This document shows positions 58,919 to 64,000 of a stretch of DNA of 64,000 nucleotides, one piece after another; within the stretch, counting starts at the first letter, position 1, and each line of letters begins with the position of its first letter. The notes beneath the pieces were generated by a model, which saw only the letters and a program-made list of their open reading frames with translations, was not told the DNA's origin and ran no database searches. The position numbers were made by a program, and so were the translations under genes. Location of the stretch: positions 124,001 through 188,000 of IMG/VR virus record IMGVR_UViG_3300027759_004177, one strand, 5' to 3'.

Positions 58919-58987
58919 ATACTACTCCAATAAGGGTTGACTAGTAGCTAGTATAGCACGGTTGCCATTAAAGGTCAATGCCTTTGG

Positions 58988-59164
58988 TTATCTGCCGCGA
59001 CCGGCGGATTTTTTGGCTGGTTTGTTTGTGCTGACTTGACCGCCGTGTTTGGCGGCTTGTACATGTGCTGTTTTGGTTCCGGGCACTCGTGGATTGGCTG
59101 CTACAGCCTTGGCGGCGTTGGCCATGTTGATAAAAGGATTTTTGGATTTTTTAGTGTCTGTCAT
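58988..59164 (-). CDS. 58-aa basic low-complexity protein (not in ORF track)
   Basis: MTDTKKSKNPFINMANAAK...KPAKKSAGRGR; starts 2 nt after the upstream stop. Confidence 0.6.
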   Translation of the reverse strand: MTDTKKSKNPFINMANAAKAVAANPRVPGTKTAHVQAAKHGGQVSTNKPAKKSAGRGR

Positions 59165-59166
59165 AA

Positions 59167-59655
59167 TTAGAAAGTGTATTTAAAATTCATTCCGGTATAA
59201 GTTGCTTTGTCGTAAGTTCCTTGTTGCCATAAAAATGTGCTTATACAAGCACTAAATTTGGTTTCATCAAATCTTCTGCATACTTGTCCGAATACCATTG
59301 CTTTGGTTTCGTGGTTCCATCTAGATGTTTGATACCCGGTTGAAATCTGTGGTGTCAAGTGTATACTCCAGTTGTTTTTTGACCATACATCAAATGTGGA
59401 CACAAGACTTTTAGCAGTTCTTCCCATACTGTTATTGTTTACTTTGACTCCGATGGCAATGACATCTGTAAAATAATATCCAACACCAACACCAAAATTC
59501 ATGTTGTCTCCACCAAAGGAAGCACGAGTGGTCTCTTTTTCCCAGTGGTACCCAGGACCAATTGCTTGAATATACATATCGCCCTTGTTGCCGGCTGATG
59601 CCAAATTGGAAATTGTTAGAGCACTCAAAAACAGCAAAAAATAAATTTTTTTCAT
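59167..59655 (-). CDS. Secreted beta-barrel outer-membrane-protein-like (PagP-like)
   Basis: Signal peptide MKKIYFLLF..ASA, amphipathic strands, terminal F (FKYTF); promoter at 59686-59714. Confidence 0.65.
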   Translation of the reverse strand: MKKIYFLLFLSALTISNLASAGNKGDMYIQAIGPGYHWEKETTRASFGGDNMNFGVGVGYYFTDVIAIGVKVNNNSMGRTAKSLVSTFDVWSKNNWSIHLTPQISTGYQTSRWNHETKAMVFGQVCRRFDETKFSACISTFLWQQGTYDKATYTGMNFKYTF

Positions 59656-59718
59656 TTTATATCTCAATTAGTTTATCGAGTTTAAATTATATATTAAAAT
59701 TTATTATAGGTCAACCTA

Positions 59719-59792
59719 TGGTGCCCCTTGACAGAATCGAACTGCCAATTGATGATTACAAATCAACTGTTATACCATTTAACTAAAGGGGC
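59719..59792 (-). tRNA. tRNA-Thr(UGU)
   Basis: GCCCCTT acceptor stem, loop TTTGTAA, GTTCGATTC T-loop, encoded CCA. Confidence 0.93.
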
Positions 59793-59817
59793 CGTATAAA
59801 ACTGTATTTTACTTGTT

Positions 59818-60345
59818 TTAGTTGGCTTTGTCAATGAGATCGGTTAAAACAGCGTTACCCGATACTTTTCTGTATCTGTGCGATTGACTTTTAAGTATCT
59901 CCAATGGAGCACTTTCTTTAAAAGGGTTGTGCCAAATACGTTCTGGTTCACCGTTGTTAATAATAATCACATATTGCCAGTATCTGGCCAAATCAAATGT
60001 TTCTTTTTTGTACTTATAATGTTCTGCCAATGCTTGCACAAATGCCATGTCTCTGTCAGGTAGCCCTATTAAGGTTGGTGCTCTCTTTTCAATGTGCGGC
60101 CCTATTAACCAATCCGTTGAGTCAACTACATAAATTTTGTCAATGCCTAATTCTTTAAACTGAGCGTAGTTACTTGTAAAACTGTCTAGTTGTAACCCTG
60201 AACACATTGTACGAAAATTTGTTAAAGAAAAAACAATCACACGGAGATTGGCAAACAGATCATCATAATCAAATGTTGCTATCTGATTATGATGAAATGT
60301 TTTAAATGTTAGTTGTTTAAGTGTTTGTTGAAACAGTGAGTTCAC
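59818..60345 (-). CDS. Degenerate peroxiredoxin (Prx5/redoxin-like)
   Basis: DDLF...RVIVFSL...CS..QL, GIDKIYVV, LPD....F, Y..IINNG. Confidence 0.7.
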   Translation of the reverse strand: MNSLFQQTLKQLTFKTFHHNQIATFDYDDLFANLRVIVFSLTNFRTMCSGLQLDSFTSNYAQFKELGIDKIYVVDSTDWLIGPHIEKRAPTLIGLPDRDMAFVQALAEHYKYKKETFDLARYWQYVIIINNGEPERIWHNPFKESAPLEILKSQSHRYRKVSGNAVLTDLIDKAN

Positions 60346-60348
60346 AAA

Positions 60349-61335
60349 TTATGCTTTGATAATTCCGTCGATTAGGCCTGGATAGAAGAAGTCGCGATAC
60401 TTGTCGTATAGCGGAGCAACAGCTTGTTTGAATTTATCTGTATCTTCTTTGTTTAGTTCTGTGTAAGTTACGCCAATGTCGCTGTGATCTTTTTTAGCAG
60501 CAAACGCTTCAGCTTCCTCAACTGACCACTTGCGTTCTAGGCGACTAGCGTATTTGCATGCTTCGCTAAACTTGGCTTGTTCATCTTCGCTTAATGTAGC
60601 TAAGAATTTGTTGCCAATAATAATACTAGTCAAGAACAAATTGTGTTTGGTGTTGACCATGTACCTCTTGCTTGTATTCTTGAACTGTGCTAGGTACCGT
60701 GGAATAGTTGTTTCGAGAGCATCGGCACCAATGCCTTCTTGTTTGAAAAAGTCTGGGTCAAGATATAGATCTCGCATTGAAAAAACTTGCGGAATAGCAC
60801 CAATGGCTTCGCAAGTGTCAACAGTTACAGGATTATTTGTTGTGGCGAACCCAATACCGCTTAGACTATCTAAATCGCTGATTGGTTTTTCGCTAACGAT
60901 ACAGCGGAATCCACCTGAATATGTAAACTCCATACCTATAGCTGGACTTTTGTCTTTTAGGCCGTCTAACATCTTACGACCAATTGGGCCTTCTAGTACA
61001 CGTTTTGCATGATCGTGATCTTGGAAAATAAACGGCATTTCCAATGCCAAAAACTCCGGGCTATGCCAACGAGCTAAATCAACAACATGCATTTGACTCA
61101 TTTGAATATCGCCGGAGTCAATTAACATCATTGGGTCAGCTTTAAAAGATAATGATGAATCTCTCATTTTTTTGTCAGGATATTTGTTGCTGTATTCTTT
61201 TAAAGTAAAAATTTCTACTTCAAATTTGCCGTCGGTTAATTCGGCAATTTTTTCTTTAAATGCTTCGGCTGTGCGTAGGAACAAATTTATAGGTTCGTGT
61301 GCGATTAACCAGGTGATTTTTTTCTTTTGATTCAT
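60349..61335 (-). CDS. TRAP transporter DctP-like solute-binding protein lacking a signal peptide
   Basis: F...I.ELTDGKFEVEIF, GDIQM, LEMPFIF.D.DHA..VLEGPIG, GFR. Confidence 0.82.
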   Translation of the reverse strand: MNQKKKITWLIAHEPINLFLRTAEAFKEKIAELTDGKFEVEIFTLKEYSNKYPDKKMRDSSLSFKADPMMLIDSGDIQMSQMHVVDLARWHSPEFLALEMPFIFQDHDHAKRVLEGPIGRKMLDGLKDKSPAIGMEFTYSGGFRCIVSEKPISDLDSLSGIGFATTNNPVTVDTCEAIGAIPQVFSMRDLYLDPDFFKQEGIGADALETTIPRYLAQFKNTSKRYMVNTKHNLFLTSIIIGNKFLATLSEDEQAKFSEACKYASRLERKWSVEEAEAFAAKKDHSDIGVTYTELNKEDTDKFKQAVAPLYDKYRDFFYPGLIDGIIKA

Positions 61336-61388
61336 GGGATTCTCCAATAGGATTTTGTATTATATATTTATACTTGCGCCTAGGATTC

Positions 61389-61639
61389 AATAAGTTTGGG
61401 CACATTAAAATCTGCTTTTCGACTGTGGACCACAATGCCAACGGGTCGCTATCCCGCATTAAATGGCTTGCTCTCCCGAGCATTTTTCATGGAATCTCGA
61501 TCGCTGTTGCTGTTTTAAAATTGCTTGTACCCTCGGGAGTACCCGATTTAACATGTCATGCCACGGGGCCAATACTACATACTGCAACAGGACTACCACA
61601 AGTATCAGATGGTCGCCACACCATGTGCCCAAACTTATT
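61389..61639 (-). ncRNA. Candidate ~250-nt structured ncRNA closed by a 17-bp terminal stem
   Basis: Perfect inverted repeat aataagtttgggcacat (61389-61405) / atgtgcccaaacttatt (61623-61639); own promoter; internal helices. Confidence 0.65.
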
Positions 61640-61651
61640 AACTCGTATACT

Positions 61652-61680
61652 AGTATACACTATATGTCTATGTTATGCAA
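61652..61680 (-). promoter_or_regulatory. sigma70-type promoter for the candidate ncRNA
   Basis: TTGCAT-N17-TATACT. Confidence 0.7.
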
Positions 61681-62056
61681 CCCAGCCCTGTCCGGAAATT
61701 GCATGGAACCAGGGATAAAATGAGCTGGGGATATCAAACTGCCATGTACCTTCCTGATCAATCCATGCTGTTGGTGGCTGTGCCAAATGTTGATATCGTG
61801 GTAATACTTCTGTACCGTTTACTGTTAGCGATTTGATTTCAACTGCACCGCCACGAGGTTCAATTACACGACACTTTAAATGCACAGAAGATAGCAAATC
61901 AAATGTGTGTATTGTATCTGTTTCGGCAATTAAATGTCCATTGAGACGCATACGATAATGTATGTTGCCGTGGGCAACTATGACCAATCGTACTTGCAAT
62001 TGATCCGGGGTTTTAATATCCAATACGTCGGAGAAAGTGTTTATATCTTGGTGCAT
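61673..62056 (-). CDS. Hypothetical protein associated with the radical SAM gene
   Basis: Overlaps the rSAM end; W.F.I..SFYPW.H..SGQGW. Confidence 0.65.
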   Translation of the reverse strand: MHQDINTFSDVLDIKTPDQLQVRLVIVAHGNIHYRMRLNGHLIAETDTIHTFDLLSSVHLKCRVIEPRGGAVEIKSLTVNGTEVLPRYQHLAQPPTAWIDQEGTWQFDIPSSFYPWFHAISGQGWVA

Positions 62057-63308
62057 AATCTAGTATCGTGTTGTTCCTGATTGTTTCAAAACTTTTTAAG
62101 AAACTGACTAATTCTTTCAGTGATTCCTCTGCATCTGCAGGCGGGGTGTATGTTTTAACAAACTCCAGGTACTCAGTGGCCAACTGTGCAATAATCTCGT
62201 GACTTAAATCACTTCTGCGAGTATTCACTTGCGGAGTATACGATCCTAATCGATCAACCACAGCCTGTAACTTTGCAACGGTTTCTTGTCTGATATCGTC
62301 TGGCATCAGTTCCATACGCAAACAACGTGGTTGGTGCAATATGTTACAGCTCTCGGCGATAATGTTGTGTTCGATCATGAACTCAAAAACTTGGTCCAGT
62401 TCGCTGATAGTAAACAAGTTAGGAGTGATACGTAGTTCTAGTTTTAATCCGGGATTACGATCACGCAAGGCCACAAACTTGAGAATGTTTGCCAAGATCT
62501 GATCAGTAGGTCCTGGATAACGCACATAATCGTTTAATGACGTAACTGACTCTATACTGATACCTAGATGAAACTCTTGGAATCTAGGTATCAATTGTTC
62601 TATACGTTCATCGTATATTGTGCCGTTGGTAGTTGTGCCAACTATTAGATCTTGTCCATCCAAGTGCTCGCAAATGTCGTAGAAGGCTTGATTATATAAT
62701 GTTTCTCCACCCAGGAAGTGTATGTAACGTATGTATGGAAACGATTTTAACTCTGCAACAAAGCGATTGACTGTTGCTGAATCTTCAGTCCAAGACTGAT
62801 ACGGCTTGGGTTCAGCAAATAATCGACTATCCAGCTTGTTTAATTTTTTATAGTCTGCAACAAGACGTGAGCTTGCTGTGGGGTCGCACATGATACAGGC
62901 ACTATTACAAGTATTACCTAGGTCTATTTGTAAATCTGTTGGAAAATGTGGGCTGGCACCCGCATGACTGTTGCTGTATTCAAATACAGGCAAGTGTGGG
63001 CTAGAACGAAAGGTTAATGGAAACTCTGCAAGACCAATAGCACTTTTGTTTAGTTGTCTAACACGACCCGAAAGTTTTCCAAACTGATCTTGGTAGTAAC
63101 AAGGCTCACACTCTTTGGGTTTGTTGCCGGCTAATAGTTGTTGACGCAGGTCTCTCATGGGCCCACTGTTGTAAAAATCCATCAGCGAAGTTGTGCGTAT
63201 GTTGAAGGCGGTAGCACCGTTTTTGCTCCAGCGACACACATCATAACTACCATCGTAAGTTAATCTAATGTGGAACCAGGGACTTGAACAGAATGAGTCT
63301 TTTAACAT
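62013..63308 (-). CDS. Radical SAM protein with N-terminal twitch/SPASM domain
   Basis: FCSSPW..C...CEPC, then CNSACIMC, GGET, TTNGT, YVRYP. Confidence 0.88.
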   Translation of the reverse strand: MLKDSFCSSPWFHIRLTYDGSYDVCRWSKNGATAFNIRTTSLMDFYNSGPMRDLRQQLLAGNKPKECEPCYYQDQFGKLSGRVRQLNKSAIGLAEFPLTFRSSPHLPVFEYSNSHAGASPHFPTDLQIDLGNTCNSACIMCDPTASSRLVADYKKLNKLDSRLFAEPKPYQSWTEDSATVNRFVAELKSFPYIRYIHFLGGETLYNQAFYDICEHLDGQDLIVGTTTNGTIYDERIEQLIPRFQEFHLGISIESVTSLNDYVRYPGPTDQILANILKFVALRDRNPGLKLELRITPNLFTISELDQVFEFMIEHNIIAESCNILHQPRCLRMELMPDDIRQETVAKLQAVVDRLGSYTPQVNTRRSDLSHEIIAQLATEYLEFVKTYTPPADAEESLKELVSFLKSFETIRNNTILDYAPRYKHFLRRIGY

Positions 63309-63315
63309 AATTATA

Positions 63316-63405
63316 TGGCGGAGAGTGTGAGATTCGAACTCACGATAGTGTTGCCACTATGCCGGTTTAGTAGACCGGTGCCTTCAGCCGCTCGGCCAAC
63401 TCTCC
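63316..63405 (-). tRNA. tRNA-Ser with ACU anticodon
   Basis: GGAGAG acceptor stem, long variable arm, G73, encoded CCA; stem CCGGT/ACCGG with loop CTACTAA. Confidence 0.9.
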
Positions 63406-63432
63406 ATAAATACTTTTTTATAAAGGCAAAAC

Positions 63433-63708
63433 ATGAAAAAATTAATATTTCTATTGGCAACATTCTTTTGTGTTTCTGCCATGGCTTTTACTACTCAAAA
63501 ACCTGTTGACTGTTTTGGAACACCTGAAGTTACCAAAATGCTACGAGAAGAATTCAACGAAGTCATCATATTTGACAGTATCAACAACCTGACCGGCAAA
63601 AGCAGAATTTCTTTGTTTGTAAATTCTAAAACTGGAACATGGACCTTGGTTGAATACGACAACGACAATGCCTGCATTTTAGGTGCTGGTCAAAGTCGTT
63701 CCACCTGA
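63433..63708 (+). CDS. Small secreted protein
   Basis: Signal peptide; KPVDC...N..TGTWT.VE.....CILGAG; ATAAATA and AAGG upstream. Confidence 0.75.
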   Translation: MKKLIFLLATFFCVSAMAFTTQKPVDCFGTPEVTKMLREEFNEVIIFDSINNLTGKSRISLFVNSKTGTWTLVEYDNDNACILGAGQSRST

Positions 63709-64000
63709 CTGACTTCCACGCCCGACTTAGTTAAAAAATCAACGCCGGTGGTATCTCTGTAGGCTGTGCCAAACCACACCCGAGCTATACCACTTTGATA
63801 TATCAGTTTGGCACAGTCTAAGCAAGGGCTGTGAGTAACAAATAGATCAGCACCATGCCCAGACTCATTGCTACGTGCCAGTTTTGCAATAGCATTTGTT
63901 TCAGCATGGAGAACTTCTGGTTTGGTTTTAAGTTCATGATGTCCATCCTCTCTAAGTTCTATTATTTCTTCGCAGTCATTGTCCCAACCGGCGGGCATGC
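63690..64000 (-). CDS. dCMP deaminase (5' part outside window)
   Basis: HAETNAI and SPCLDCAK zinc motifs. Confidence 0.92.
   Translation of the reverse strand, partial: MPAGWDNDCEEIIELREDGHHELKTKPEVLHAETNAIAKLARSNESGHGADLFVTHSPCLDCAKLIYQSGIARVWFGTAYRDTTGVDFLTKSGVEVSQVERL

Noticed and set aside
61580-61615. Group I intron core (GACTA...TGGTC P7-like pairing)
   Set aside because: Spacing is too short for P3/P8 and no interrupted host gene flanks it.
61256-61723. Three short overlapping ORFs in the ncRNA gap
   Set aside because: No RBS or recognisable motifs, and they conflict with each other; the promoter and inverted-repeat layout fit an RNA better.
63361-63380. Amber suppressor tRNA (CTA in loop) or stop-codon recoding
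   Set aside because: The 5-bp stem fixes the anticodon as ACU; TAG, TGA and TAA all terminate genes here and core genes are intact in the standard code.

Overview
A 64-kb internal segment of a large, T4-like or jumbo tailed dsDNA phage. It uses the standard genetic code and is mostly minus-strand. The GroEL and IscU sequences look betaproteobacterial (Burkholderiales-like), which is a host hint only. In order it carries: (1) Asn/Ala/Thr-rich virion fibre genes, including a ubiquitin-like/ILEI fusion protein and an S53 peptidase; (2) a UV-damage endonuclease and small early genes, including an unannotated ArfA-like ORF; (3) an SleB-like hydrolase, PAAR, glutaredoxin and nrdB/nrdA interleaved with SGNH-like genes; (4) an exonuclease and iscA/iscU; (5) probable head-associated proteins, including two tandem duplicated transcription units, a ligase-like protein and a Pol-beta-like nucleotidyltransferase; (6) replication genes: gp41-like helicase, primase, a 193-aa minimal DnaE core, a clamp-loader-like subunit, UvsW and an AAA+ ATPase; (7) groES/groEL; (8) a ~12.4-kb sugar-synthesis, glycosyltransferase and methyltransferase island; (9) an OMP-like gene, tRNA-Thr(UGU), degenerate Prx and DctP genes, a candidate ~250-nt structured ncRNA, a radical SAM gene, an unusual tRNA-Ser(ACU) and a dCMP deaminase. 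Two promoter classes can be read directly: sigma70 TTGAC-N17-TATAAT and T4-late-like (T)ATAAATA. The most interesting candidates are a 3'-UTR hairpin whose loop is complementary to its own gene's ribosome-binding site, the novel ncRNA, the A34 serine tRNA, and possible virion N-glycosylation. All family assignments come from motif recognition by eye, with no database searches.
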